This document shows positions 17,195 to 30,700 of a DNA stretch of 64,000 nucleotides, one piece after another. Numbering within the stretch: position 1 is the stretch's first letter; each line of letters begins with the position of its first letter. The notes beneath the pieces were generated by a model. That model saw nothing but the letters and a program-made list of their open reading frames with translations. It made no database searches and had not been told where the DNA came from. Made by a program: the position numbers and the translations under genes. This DNA comes from Paraphysomonas bandaiensis (taxonomy: Eukaryota > Protista > Chrysophyceae): assembly GCA_965644295.1 (NCBI GenBank), contig CBFFRP010000111.1:62001-126000 (forward strand), written 5' to 3'.

Positions 17195-18778
17195 CTAAAC
17201 TATTACTATATCTATATTTGAATCGGTGTGAAATTCTATTTCTCGAGCAACACGACTGGGAAACAATACTTTTGTGATTTCGAAATTGTCTTTGCTCATC
17301 TCTTCTTTCCAATTTACAGCAGTACAAATGAGTCCTTTCCTTTCATCTATAGTGTTTGCCTTGTTAGGAGAGCGCGAATCACCACAAACTCCTCTTTCGG
17401 ACTCTAAAATATCATAACAGTAACTGAAGTTAGTATCATACAATGCAGAATTAAGCTTAATATCAAACGAGAGGGTGGAGCTACTTCTATCTCTTTCCGT
17501 GTCAGCCCGACTAGAAGATGGAAGACTCGTTATGCTCTTCATTGGTTTTCGTGTGCGTAACCGAAATGGATTGGATAGTCCCGGCGTGTCACTGAGAGGG
17601 AGAATTTCAGTGTCTCTTTTGTTGGATCCAGTAGATAACACAACATACTGATCTATATCGTCTTCCTCCTCCAACAAAGTATTGGCAGTAGAGGATGAAT
17701 TGGCCAAGTGTTTCAGAACCTTTGTGAGCGGGCCTATACATGCACTGGGAATAAGACCTGATATTTGTAGGGTTCTACCCTCCATTTTCGTAGCCGATGC
17801 GCTGGTTTGGGACGACGGTGTCTTGGAGTACGACACCACATTGAACGTGCTTATAGATGCATGAAGAAATTCACGCGGAGCTACAATTCGAGGCAGTTCT
17901 CCAACACGTCGCCCAAAAGATGCAAGCGTAGAAAGCGATAGAGAGACAGATAAAATGCAGTCGAGAGTCGCCCTTACATCTTGCTCTCCGGATATCAGCA
18001 GCACTTTGTCTGCCAGGGCAGACATTGGTAGTGGACCATTGATAACTGAAGATGATACTGTTTCTAAAGCTTTTACGGTGACTCCCATCTCCGATATTTT
18101 AAGATATAAGGATGGAGTGCACCGTTGAAGTATACACTCCACATGTGCGTCAGGGGATGACCGGTACAGTAGAGCTCTACATGCTAGTGCGGATAAGCCA
18201 AGGATATAGAAAAAACTTAAGGAACCAGAAATCAACCGCTGAGAAACAGATTCCAATGCATCTTGCCATTGTAGAAACCTCTCTATAGCAGCAGCTCGTG
18301 CTCCACCTCCTCCCGTATACTGTCCTTCCTCAGCCCTCTTTGTCGTCCAAAGTGTGTCAAGTGCCTGCTGTGGAAGAGCAGGAACATGCTTCCATCGAGA
18401 AGAGTCCAGATCATTAGGGGGGTAAACCCAGACCCGCCTTGATAATAGGAACTCACTCCATACTGACTCATCCATATCACTAGCAATAGAAGCCGTTGAA
18501 TCATTAAATACACGCATAAGTGGTCTCAGATCAAAATTAGCAGTGATTGACATAGATCTCTTAACAACCATATCATCTGGAACATCTGTATATGCTCCAT
18601 AATCTGTAATACCACTCTCATCTTGTGGTATATCTTCTGATTTCTTATTTATAGGAGTGATCGAGATACTGTCCACATCTTGAAGTAGTTTAAGGATTCT
18701 GTCTACTCTCTTCTTCTTCTCATGATCTTCATCTTTAGATTGATCTCTAGTTAACCATTTACGCTTTAAAGAATCCAT
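17195..18778 (-). CDS. DONSON: DONSON-like replication factor (intronless, 527 aa)
   Basis: Motif order WVYP ... WQDALESVSQRLISGSLSFFYI ... LPRIVAPREFLHAS ... TLQISGLIP resembles the DONSON blocks (W..sF.Sly..lr.g..pyFY; lPtllsp.pF..as; leI.GpilP). Recognised by eye. Confidence 0.65.
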   Translation of the reverse strand: MDSLKRKWLTRDQSKDEDHEKKKRVDRILKLLQDVDSISITPINKKSEDIPQDESGITDYGAYTDVPDDMVVKRSMSITANFDLRPLMRVFNDSTASIASDMDESVWSEFLLSRRVWVYPPNDLDSSRWKHVPALPQQALDTLWTTKRAEEGQYTGGGGARAAAIERFLQWQDALESVSQRLISGSLSFFYILGLSALACRALLYRSSPDAHVECILQRCTPSLYLKISEMGVTVKALETVSSSVINGPLPMSALADKVLLISGEQDVRATLDCILSVSLSLSTLASFGRRVGELPRIVAPREFLHASISTFNVVSYSKTPSSQTSASATKMEGRTLQISGLIPSACIGPLTKVLKHLANSSSTANTLLEEEDDIDQYVVLSTGSNKRDTEILPLSDTPGLSNPFRLRTRKPMKSITSLPSSSRADTERDRSSSTLSFDIKLNSALYDTNFSYCYDILESERGVCGDSRSPNKANTIDERKGLICTAVNWKEEMSKDNFEITKVLFPSRVAREIEFHTDSNIDIVIV

Positions 18779-19261
18779 ATATTCTAGTGGTTTATTGAGT
18801 TTATACCATAAGATGTTATGCTTCTATATGCATATATATATATATGCATGTACTGCTCTATATGTACACAGATACATATTTACATACATATATATACATA
18901 TACAGTATATGTGCAGGCATACACAGAGTAGAGATGTCCATGTATGGTACATAGTGGAGTATTTTTTTGAGAGGAGTTTTGAGTTTTTCTTCAAAAATAG
19001 CCGATTTTGACAGTGATAGTATGTAAAAAACCCTTAATTATGCTTTTGAACTACAGTATATCATGATTACAGTGCCGTACATATACTGTAGATACATGTA
19101 CATAGATATGTACAGAGAAGTATGTATCTCCAGTATGTGGATATGTATGTATGTATATGTATATATATAACACTGCAGTTCATCTCTATGACTCATATAT
19201 ACATACATACACACATATCTCTCCACATATCTTCACAATACATTCATTAATATAATCAAAT

Positions 19262-21183
19262 ATGTCACAATGGAATAAAATGTCAATAAATTCATTAAAA
19301 TCATATTTAAAAAGTATTCATATGACACAAAGTGGTGATAAAGGGACACTAATACATCGATGTACACTCTATCAACTATGTATAGATAAACACATTACTA
19401 TACAAGGAAAACATCCATGTACACTATCTAGTACGGTAATACCTGAAATCTACATACTATTCATACTATTAGATTGTAATTTTATTGTATAGGAACTTAA
19501 AAAAACTGTAGCTCAAATGGGATTATCACCAATAGGTACATCAGATGAGTTACTCACTAGTTTAATACAACATTTAGCTCAAAATACAACTGAAACAATA
19601 GATTCTAATCATAGAAATTCAAATGAAATAGAAAATAAATTAGAAAAACAAAATAGAAGTAATCCAAGTGCTATTGAAATTGCTAAACGTGTTTTGGAAT
19701 TAAATGATGCGGATGATTTTGAAGGAATACTCAATATCGCTGGTGGTAACACCATAACAAAGAGTTCTCCTATTGCCGTCATGCGAAAGGCATACTTGAA
19801 ATTGAGTTTGGTAATTCACCCAGATAAGCTACAGAGGAGTTTTGATCAAGCGACACATGCGTTTCAAGCTTTGGTCCGTGCTTTTGAGCGCCTATCTCAG
19901 CCTGAAGTTACCGATGATGTGTTTATGCAAGAACCATCAAAAACAGGGAAAAAGGGGTCATCGAAGTCACCAAGCGGAATTGCACGAAGTAACGAGGGAT
20001 GTTATCGCACTCGAGTAAAATGCCCAAGATGCAAACAATGTTGGTCTGAAGGTACTTTAGACGGTAACCCGGACTACTTTTACAACTTCTTAATGACCGG
20101 GTTGAAAACTTACACTTGTTCTACCTGCCTGTGTGAGTTCGGATGTGTAACAGCTATACACGAATGCCCGTTCTGTTCGAAATTTTTTGAGTATAGTCCA
20201 CAGGTATATATATTCCAGTTGCCTGTACTTGTCCCTCCGTGCATAGCATATTTACAATAAATTGTTACATGTTTGGATATTGTGCTGTAAATACGAGAAA
20301 CCTGCGTACTCTCTATTCTTTTCCAAATGCTATTAATGCGCACCCACTATGTGTTGTAGTAACTAACACACAATATATTCAGGATTATCACCGCAAGATA
20401 ACTTGTGGTAATTCCAAATGTAACAAAGAGTTCGGTTTCTACATGTTTCACGTATCTAATCGAGTCATGACTGAAATGAAGCGATCTGTTAAAGAAGAGC
20501 AGGAGCGATACGCCAAAATTCATCGAACCAAGCAGCGTCGGGCAGCTCGAAGCATTTCTCGTGACCAGCAGACGGCAGAGGCAGCATTTGTGATGGGTCT
20601 CGAAGATTGCTGTCCTCGATGTGGGGAAGGATTCGAAGGTTACCCCGATGAAGAGGCACAGCGACATCATATGATGAATTGCACTGATGAGAACAAACAT
20701 AAAAAGCACCGTAAAACTGTGCAAGCGGCGAAGGAACATGCAGCTGCTGCTGAACAGAAACGGGATAAACAGGCTCAAGCACAGAGTTTGGCATCTTGGG
20801 AGTTCCTTGGTGGAAAAACCTCCCAGCTATATCTGCTGAATAACGACCAGCTCAAAGATATTGCTCAAAGAGAGGGATTAGCCACTTTTGATGCCGACAG
20901 TCGAGAGGACTTAGTATCCAAAATTGGGGATCAAAGACGTGGTAGGGCAGATCAGGAAAGTGAAAAAGGCCGCAAGCGTATTAAGACAGCCAACAGTAGC
21001 TCAGCGCTTGTTGTCGGGAATCGACGTATTAGTCTCAGCCCTGAAGATCTTCCTCCCAATATGCACAGCATGACTGTTGCTGAGCTACGAGTGTTTTGCG
21101 CATCGTATGGCGTTGCGGTACCGAAGAAATTGGTGAAATCTGAAATAATTGAATTAATTGAAGGTATCGCGTTTGATGATTGA
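19262..21183 (+). CDS. J-domain (DnaJ) protein with SAP-like helical repeats and several Cys-rich zinc-finger motifs
   Basis: Introns 19436..19492 and 20204..20382 join three ORFs in frame. MRKAYLKLSLVIHPDK has the HPD motif; N-terminal SAP-like segment (LKSYLKSIHMTQSGDKGTLIHR); several CxxC pairs; C-terminal MTVAELRVFC...KSEIIELI. Confidence 0.85.
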
Positions 21184-21363
21184 AGTAGGTAGTAAAGATT
21201 TGGAGTTAGTTATATCTATGTGTTGTTTACATCGAAACTGTAAAAGGCGTGCCACTTTTTGCTTTATATGGAAAACTATAAGCAAGTATTTTTTCAGTAT
21301 CACAACCTAATTTTTATCATTCATTATGTTCATATCGACAGGTGTATTTAACGATGGGTTATA

Positions 21364-21664
21364 GTAGTGAATGTATGTCTTACTATTAGCGTTTCAGAAT
21401 CAGAGCTAATTTAGCATTGCAATTTAACTAACTGGGTTAGGGTTAGGTAGTAGATAAAAAATTATGTTAATAGATAACATGTTAATTACATTAGGGACAT
21501 AACAGAATATGATATCTCCGGTACTTATCCCCTAGAATACCACGAAAGGATGTGAGTCTGACTTTGTTGTGAGAAGATTGGAAAGGATGGGTTATAAAAA
21601 GTAGATTTGAATAACACTAAATGATAACAGATATCCAACAATATTAATTGAAATTACTAAGCAA
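21364..21664 (+). repeat. Internally deleted R1 copy with a short TTAGGG-like tract, ending in the left arm of a 74-bp inverted repeat
   Basis: gtagtgaatg...tattagc start; gatatctccggtacttatcccc...gactttgttg matches the reverse complement of 40433-40495; gggttagggttagg at 21434-21447. Confidence 0.7.
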
Positions 21665-23000
21665 TTACCAGAATGTGTCTGATTGTGTGGATGGGGGTGT
21701 AATACTATCGACGGGGGTGCAAGTGATGAGGAGTGACCCACTGGTCCGAACTGTTGCAGAGTTCAGTCATCGTATAGTCGATATAGACGTGTATAAGTGT
21801 ATAACCGCCGGCTGTACTAAAAACATCGTTCTTGTGGCGACAAGAGATGTGGGTCTTCATCTACGCCGGCTTCGTGGGGAGCGCCCAATAAGTCTATACG
21901 GCGGATGAGATTCCAGGGAAGTGAATGTCCCTTCGTACTTTGCCAGAGAGTAGTGCGGGTGCTGTATCTAGTAAGACGGCTGTACTATAAAAACCTCGTC
22001 CTTGTTATGACAAGAGGGGTGGATCATCATCTACGCCTGCTTCGGGTGATTCGCCCAATAAGTCTATTTGGCGGATGAGATTCCAGGGAAGAGATTGTCC
22101 CCTCGTACTTTGCCTAGTGATACTGTGTATACTAAGTCTAGTGAGATCAGCGTGAATCGTGTCTGTGAGACTGTACCTTTTGTGTCTAGTGAGATCAGTG
22201 GTACTGTACCTGCTGAGTCTAGGGAGACTTGTGTGGTAATAAGCGTTCGGGTGTTGACTAGTTTGTCCACTTTGGTGAGGTAAACCTTTATGATGAGGAG
22301 ATTGTCAATCTGTGTGATGACAGTGACTGTATCTAATAACTAACATAATATGTCTATTTGTAGAGAGACCAAGGCATAATATATGCGGAGTTCGTTAATT
22401 GCGTTGATTCGTTTCAGTGTGTAAGTATCGGGCTATGTCTGCTGGCATGCAGGAACTCGTGTGGCTTCGGGGGGGGGTGTTGGTCGAACTGGGACTTCGA
22501 TTGTACGAACCCACTCCATTCTTCCTGACAGCCAGAGCACTCGTAACTTAGTGTGTTGAATATTGTGGTGTGATTGATCTGATCTGACGAGGATCAGATA
22601 TCATACATGGAGGTTATCAGAGACAGATCATATAGATGTGTTGTCTATGGTGAGGCTAGCTGAAACGTCGGAGTCATACGTCCACCGGTTTGTCCTATGA
22701 GGTTTTTGGTGGTTGCGTATCCGTCAGTTATGTCTTGTAATGTGAAGATTGAGTGTACAGCTTATGAGATCTTGGTGGTTGCGTATCCGTCAGTTATGTC
22801 CCGTGGTTTGCCAATTCAATGTACAGGGCTTTGAATTGAGAGGGAGTGTTGAGTTTTGCTGTTTAAGCAATTAAAAGCTGTAATTCTAAGGTGTTGGAAT
22901 TATGACCGTTAGTCTTTGAAGAATACAGTAGTGATGAGCTGTAATATGAGAAGTGATATCATGACGATGTAAGATCGTACTAGAAATGAATGGTAGTAGA
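21665..23000. mobile_element. Decayed, GC-richer transposon-like relic with internal direct duplications (family unassigned)
   Basis: ~100-bp direct duplication (about 21850-21950 vs 22020-22115) and 29-bp duplication (about 22706-22735 vs 22772-22800); no intact ORF; flanked by other repeats. Confidence 0.4.
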
Positions 23001-23271
23001 GATAACGTGATATATTGCTTATTATATTTATTATAATCTTCTCTTATCTTGACTTGATTAACGAGTAAATACACGTCCAGTTAACTTAGTAAATCATCAA
23101 ATTGTGTCATATCTTGACAATACACTTTAACTTCAGCACGCAAGATTAATATATCAAAGATCGTTGGCAAAGAACAAAGTGAGCAACTTCACAACGATCG
23201 TCGCGATACATAGCACAAGGTGATTGCATATATACAACGCCTTAAAATTATTCAGTATAGTAGTGTAGTGT

Positions 23272-23716
23272 GTAGTGAATGCCTGGTTATTAGTTATTAG
23301 CAATAGGCATGTAAGAGTCAGAACTAATGCAGAAAAGTAATTTTACTAACTAGTGCTTAACTCTGATATCCTACTATTTGGCGCTATGAAAGTTGTTTGT
23401 GCGTCACCGCAAACACCAAGGTGCAATCACTTTCGCTGTCTGTCTTTAAGATGATGAACAGCCCGGACGCTTGACTTAGTAGGCAGCCCAATGCCCCAGA
23501 TGCCTTTGAGGTGGGCCCATTCCCTGATGCCTGTTTATTCAAGGCTCAAAGGCGTCCACATTAGTGACACTTATTAGTGTCCCTGGTACCACGCAAGAAT
23601 TAGACTATGAGTGGGCAGAACAATATCTGCTGACTATATATGATATATACCGCTCACGCTAGTTTTCCGGAGAAATATCTCCGGTACTTATCTCCAAGAA
23701 CACCACAAAAAGGTGC
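23272..23716 (+). mobile_element. Dispersed repeat family R1, copy B
   Basis: Collinear similarity to 11189-11667, including the hairpin ccggagaaatatctccgg. Confidence 0.85.
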
Positions 23717-24205
23717 GACTGTGCTGAGGGATAGTGGTACGTATGTGTGCAGCAATAATGGACTTGAATAATTTGATGAGCAAATTTGGGATGAGATTAT
23801 AGTTCAGAAAGTTATTCTAAAAATCTAGCAATAGAATTGTAAGCAATTAATTGTCAATAAATTGCAATGCCAACTAACCCTAATCGAATAGGATACTTGC
23901 TTAGTAATTTCAATTAATATTGTTGAATATCTGTTATCATTTAGTGTTATTCAAATCTGCTTTTTATAACAATCAGACACATACATTCATTAACCAAGTC
24001 ATCTTTTCCAGTCTACTTTTTCTGTTTTATGTTCGTATGAAAACCCCCGTTTTTCATAAGTAATACTGGTTTTATATCCTATATACTGTATATTTCTACT
24101 ATACAAAGCAGTATCACTTGAGCCCTACAAGCCATATGGACTCCTGCTTCTCTGTCCAGTACACTCCAATGGTCACACTTCAGCAGTTGCTTCCAACTAC
24201 CATCC

Positions 24206-24376
24206 GCATACATGTTAGAAATTGACATTTCCAGTAATAAGGCCTTGATAAACACTTATATATAATAAAAAAAATATTCTATATAAGTGTTTATCAAGGT
24301 CTTATTACTTCCAATATTCTATATAAGTGTTTATCAAGGTCTTATTACTGGAAATGTCAATTTCTAACATGTATGC
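24206..24376. repeat. Foldback palindrome (~57-bp arms, 1 mismatch) with an internal tandem duplication
   Basis: gcatacatgttagaaattgacatttccagtaataaggccttgataaacacttatata vs tatataagtgtttatcaaggtcttattactggaaatgtcaatttctaacatgtatgc; aatattctatataagtgtttatcaaggtcttattact occurs twice, 40 bp apart. Confidence 0.92.
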
Positions 24377-24798
24377 TGACCCGTATACTGTCACACACAA
24401 CTATGATTTAAAAATTAATAACGTGACTGCACATACATCCAAGCTTCAATGCTAATAGATAATGACGCTATATACTATATATAATTTTGTCATCCTATTA
24501 ATTGAAAATAATTTGAAACTTGTACTGTATTCTTCACGGAAAGCATAGTAGAATACAGAGTTCAATTGCTTATAAATAAGCAAATCTCAACAAATGATGC
24601 TATAAACACATGTTCGGAATGTTGTCTGGGTGCATGCAGGTACACGAAGTAGAAGAACATTACATGCCTTGTTTCGTAGTCATTATGAATTCTTTGTGGT
24701 ACTTTTAGTTTATACGTCATAATCACTTCAGCGAAACAAACTTCTACCACATACAGTTGACTTCGAAGTCTCGTAAACACTATTCACGCAAGTTAAGA

Positions 24799-27700
24799 TT
24801 ACTCGGTCAGTCTTCCTTCACCACATGTATCGGAGTCTATTGCAGAATCCTGTTGACCAATCGAAGCAACACAATCTTCATACAGCTGTTCAAAGTACTC
24901 ACCGAGTCTAGGTCATGCACACGAATCAGGTAAACAACATATATTGCCTAGATTTACCTTTGAGAACTGACATATATCGGACTCCCTTCTTGGTTATACT
25001 TCTGGCAATTGTCCCAAACCTGGCGAACACTCTACATAGTGGCACAAATAATAACTACGTTTACCAACAATATCAAACAAACGACATGTACATACCTTCG
25101 CAAAATCTTCATGATCACCATTGTAAAAGCATACTTCTACTCTGCGAGCTATGGTACCCAAGTCCATAGGCTCCGAAACCTTGGATCTACCAAACATAAA
25201 ACAATAATTGACACATAAGTAAAGATACACCACGATTTACACAATCTAAACAAGACAACGCTTCTTATACTAATTGCAATGGTACGTATGTAAGTACTTT
25301 TCATCCAAAGAACAGTATATACGTACCGGTAATCAGTATATACTTTCGTATCAACTGGGTACCAAAAGGGTTCGCTCTCGGGGTCATTATGCAGCTTCTC
25401 AAGTATAAGCAGCAGTTTGAGGTCCACATCAGTTTCTGCTTGCGCCTCAGAAAGAGACGACTTCTTTGAGGCAATAATGGATGATATATCCACGTCTATC
25501 ATCTCAACACTTTCGTTTTCACTCGGTTCATCAGATTCCTCTGTGCGTGGCTTCTTACTCCGACTTTTGAATGATGTAGTCTCCACATCGTCATCCTCAT
25601 CAGCTTCCACATATGACACACGTTGTCGCTTACGCAGTCCGAGATCTCTCTCGCGATCCACACTCTCCTCTTCAAACTCATTGCCATTCTCCTCTTCTTC
25701 TTCATCCTCCTCCTCCTCAATATCCTCCTCAGATTCAGAACTCTCACTTTCATTATATCTTCTTCGTCGTTTCATTCGCTCGGCTCGTGACAATCGCGTC
25801 GTCTCTTGCGCATATCCGGCGGGCGGCTTACGAGAGCCACATACTATACAGGAGCGAGCTCTATCTTCATTCATAGTGGAGCACGATACACACTTCCAGT
25901 CTGGTCGCACGGGTCTCTCTCGAAGCCTTCTCCCACCTCTGAAAGACTCATCGTCGCTGTCCTCGTACTGCCCACGCATACTTGCACTAAGGGACTCTCT
26001 CGCGCGCACACTAGCGGCTCGCCTTGGGCGAGTAGCAAGTGTACCAAAAGAATCATCTGGGCGGTCACCCGCTACCAAGCTTCGCTTCGCAGCCATGTTG
26101 TTTCGACTCTTCCTGGGTGGGGCAATACCCTGTCCAGACACAGTTGTTGCTTTATTACCATCACCAGCACTACGCACACCACGGGGAACATTCTGTACGC
26201 GATCATATGCCAAACACCGATCCAAACAGTAGATACGCAATGCTACAGCGGCATTTGTCACGCACCGCATCGCAAAGTGAGGGTTTGGTAGAGCGGTGAT
26301 AAGCTTATTCGCTGGTGGAAGAAGCCACGACTTGGAAATATAAAACTCAAGAAGAAGTACACACTCCATCAGTACAGTTGGACTGCGAGCTTCTAAGACA
26401 CATCCGCGCCACGTCTGTTCAAGATTATTATTCCACCCTGTTGCTTCTGCTATGCTACCAAAGATATCTGCACGTCTATCTTCTTCTTCTGGACCAAGAA
26501 TCAAACTTCCCAGAGGAAGCGCAAGGTAAAGAGTAATCAGTGCACTCTTGACAGCTACAAACTCATTTTCGTTTCGGGACATTTCAGATAGTAACTCCCT
26601 TCGGCGAGTGCTGATCATCCTATCTGCATGGGTTACATATGAAGAGGCGCGCAGTCGTTCCAGAGCACACGTAGGCCCACATGTAATGCTCTCCGCTTCC
26701 ACCAATACAGTATGCACAATGGGATCAATATTAGCAACCATAGTCCCCTCGGCAATAAAAGATATCGTGTATTTGCCTGACCGCTTGAAGTTCAGTGTAG
26801 AAAAATAATAGATGCCGTCGTTCCACGGTTCTTCCAGCGGGGTATAGGCTAGACCTTGGGACATTCCTTCCCGGTGAATTTGGAATACTACGGTGACGCC
26901 AGAACCCTTCGCAAGCTTCACAACTTTACCACTGGCATTAAGTAAACCAATCGCGAAGTATCTGAAGCGCATAATCAAGCAAAAGTCACAGGTTGAGCGC
27001 CGTCCAACTCACCTACTGGAGCGCGAGAAAGTAAAATATTCCTGATACGAGGTTTCATCCTCTTCTTCCTCGCTATCATCCTCCTCGTCATTATCAGCAT
27101 CCTCAAAAACTTTCTCATTTTTAATCACATATCTGACAGAAACATTTCACACCACATTAATATGGTTGATTGACGAATATGAAAGTAAGACACACAGGTA
27201 CCTGCGTTGTACATCCACTCCCTTGTGCTTCAATATTTGCATTGACACAACCTTGCTATCAGCTAGCGCCGCGATTCTAGACGATCCCCCTCTTCGGCTT
27301 TCAGCCATACTGCTGACACTTCCTACAATACTTTTTTCATCCTCTTCATCTTCGGCCTGACTTTCAGTTCGATCCTCTTCCGCTTCTTCGCGATCTTCCT
27401 CAGCTTCTTCTGGTTTATTCTCCTCGGCGTGATCAAGCTGCTGAGTGCAACGGTAAATCTCGTTGCTGAATCTCTGCCAAAGTGCCTTTCGAAGAGCAAC
27501 TTCCGCATGTGACCGTCCCAATAGTTCAATCAGCCGTGCCACAACTAACATGTCTGACACGACCAGCCAGTCACCAGATGGAGATCTATCTAATGATTCT
27601 TGAGTATCTCCATCTCCGCCGGTTCTACATTTCTTCCCCTTATTCTGTATCATCTTCAGAAGACTTTCTCTGTCAGGCTCACGTTGAGAAAGTACCCTAG

Positions 27701-30700
27701 CTGGAGAAATAAAAAGGTAATTGCAGTTGGGAAACTGCCAGTAAGATCTTCCCTTGTCGTCATACCCAAGGGGTTGAGTGGCCATCCCAGATAAACTTGC
27801 TACTCGCTCCGCAATGACTTTCCGTCTTCGTCTCACAGCATGCCTGGTTAATAACGCTATTAGAGATGTACACATGGTAACAGGTAGTTAGTAAACTATT
27901 CATACATACTTTGATCGTTGCATTCGTGCTTTGAACATACGAAGAGCACACAACTCATGAACGATAGGAGAATGAACTAGTGACGACTTTCGCGACTTGA
28001 ATTTGGACGCGGATGAGTCTTTCACAAGAGGAAAGTACGGCATGGAAGGTTCCGGTGGTTTCTGCTCTTCGAGAAGAATACGAAACTTTACACTAGTTCC
28101 TTTCTTATTCGAATAAAAGTCGTCTAGCTTAGGAGCGTCATTCATGGCAACATAGGCATTGAACTCCGCTCTACTTTGCCCGTATACAAGTGGAGAACAC
28201 AGCTCTAATTCTGAATTCCCACAGTATACACATAGAGTCTACAAGAACACCATAAACAAAGAATATGAGTACTCAAGCACATAAATGTTTAACGACCTAT
28301 ATACTGCATACGATACCTCGGGTTTTCCACCATAGGACGCACGCTCTCCATCACGTGTTTCTGCAAGCTCGTCAATGAGTCTCAATTCTTCATCTTTGCT
28401 GCGATATGAGTCGACGTCTTTGAAGAGTGCCTCCATGGCCGTGTCCTCGTCATAACGACTGGACATTCGGTCTGCACACGGCGGACAGAACCATTCTTTG
28501 CTTGGGATCTGTCATAAACAAAATGTGAGGAATACAGTGTATGTGTGTATGAAGTGCGATTTGGTGTCAAGTTCAATAAGCAATACATATGGCTACACAA
28601 CGCACATCGTCTATTTTTAGGCAAGGTAAATGGGCTTCAGCGTTGCAGCCGTCACAGAGCAGCACGGTGCCTTCATAGTCATCCTCATATGTTGACCCTT
28701 TACAGACCAGGCACCGACCCTCAATGACTTTGGCTTTCAAGAGTTCCTGCGCTGATTCTTCATCCACACCGTCAAGTAAACTACGACAAAGTGTTGCACC
28801 CGCATCCCCCGCAATTGTCCGAACCTAAAAGCAAAATGAAAACACTCTCGATAAAGAAGTTCAGCTATGTAAAAAGAAAACCGTGAAACTGTAAATCACC
28901 TGTTCCATGAAACCAGCTTCGTGGAAGGGCTCCCGAATGGACATCTTGGATAGTTTGACACACTCATTATATATATTATTCAAGTAATCATGGCTTTCAT
29001 TGTGGCACTTGAGCACCTCACATAAGGCAGCATACACATTGAGTCGGTCTTTCATTCCCCATGGCACTAGCACTTGCTCAGGCCACGTGGATCTAGTATG
29101 ATGGGTATGCTCTTTTGTTAGTACTGGAGAAAGATTTGGAGCCGATAAAACTTGCAGAGCATCTAACATACACTGCAGCTGAGGTGCAGATTTGGCTAAA
29201 TTGGCAATTTCCGTATTATGGCGACTATTTAATGTCCAAGGAACTAAAGCAGATGTGCCCCACTCATCAAATGAAAAAAAGCCTCGCTCACGCCCGTCCA
29301 AGCCATCAGTCACCACGGAGTCCTCTCTAAGGCAAAGCATACATACCCACTCTTCATGACTCTGTTGGACCAATTCTTCGGTTGGAACAACGACAGTAAA
29401 CTCTTTGCGATTAGCATGAAGACAGTCCAAAGAATATATCCCCATACAACGTCCACATTTAATTGAACTGTATGTGGTCGCGCTGAGTACAATTGGCACG
29501 GAAGAGAATAGGCAATGCTCATCATTGCAAGCATAAAGTGGAGGCCGATTGGGGTCAAACACCCATCTATCCATGTGCCTGTGAAGTACCTGTAGCACCT
29601 TTTGTGCCTGTGCAACTAGCGCTATTGCTTCGGTGTTGAACACAAAGCAGTTGATCACCACCTGCCTCATGTCACGATAGAATGATGCGGCAACAGTCCC
29701 AATAACATGCGTGGCATCATCAGCGGTATGAGAGTCATCTGCCTGCTCAACAGTGCTAATTGACGTACTTTCAGCATTGCTTTCACCATATGATTTCTTG
29801 ATAAGTTTACACGCTATTCGGGACAAACTCATGGGATGTTTAATCACAGTGTGGTAATCAGGATACACATTCTCGTCCACATCCCAGATTAAATTCTTCG
29901 CCTGGCTGAGTGCTGCAACACGAATCCAAACTTTACAACACCTTCTATACTCTTCGGAATATTCTTCATTTTCTGATATCTCCTCAACGGCAGACATCAC
30001 CTCCCCATCAGTTGTAAAATCCAGTTGGGCATCATCTTGATCAATATCGTCTCCTGAGCTCTCAATAGAATCGGGAAGGGCATACTTTAGCAAGTAATCC
30101 TCATCGTCGCCAGTTATAGATTCTTTTTGCCGTTCCTTGCCCCCAGTTTCCATATTTTTTATCACAAAATCATCGACAGATTTTGAGAATGAGCGTGTAG
30201 CGATACGGTAGCGTATGTATCGAATTACATTCTTCGAAAGTTTATAATGAGCATGCTTGCTACCCCGAATCGCATGGAGCACCTGAGCAAAGCGCAATGT
30301 AAGGAAAAATTGTAACATACAGAACAGGTTAGATCATTGCACCTTGTGCAGTGTTGATTATTTTTTTAGCTGTATTACACACATGAAATCTCATATCGAC
30401 AAGCAATTACCTCTTCCTCTGATCTCAGAAGCTCCCTATGCAGAGATGCCACTATCAGCATACGTGCTAACTCCTGCCAAGTTAACTGGTTAAGAGGCAA
30501 TTTGCTCGCACACTGACTCCGGTCCCGTTTAGATGAGTCCGCATCGTCGTCGTCCAAGTGAAGTAGCTCATGAAGATCATCGAGCATAACTCGAACTATA
30601 TTTAACTGAATGCGGTCTAAATCAACCTCGTTCTGAACAGGTTGGTGTACAGGTGGCTTAACTTGACCCGGTAGTGACTTTGATTTCCTTGAACCGGAGG

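Noticed and set aside
21434-21447. Telomeric repeat or chromosome end
   Set aside because: Only about two TTAGGG units, internal to a repeat relic.
22697-22800. Two 29-bp direct repeats with a ~36-bp spacer, CRISPR-like geometry
   Set aside because: Only two units, no cas genes, eukaryotic context; better explained as a local duplication.
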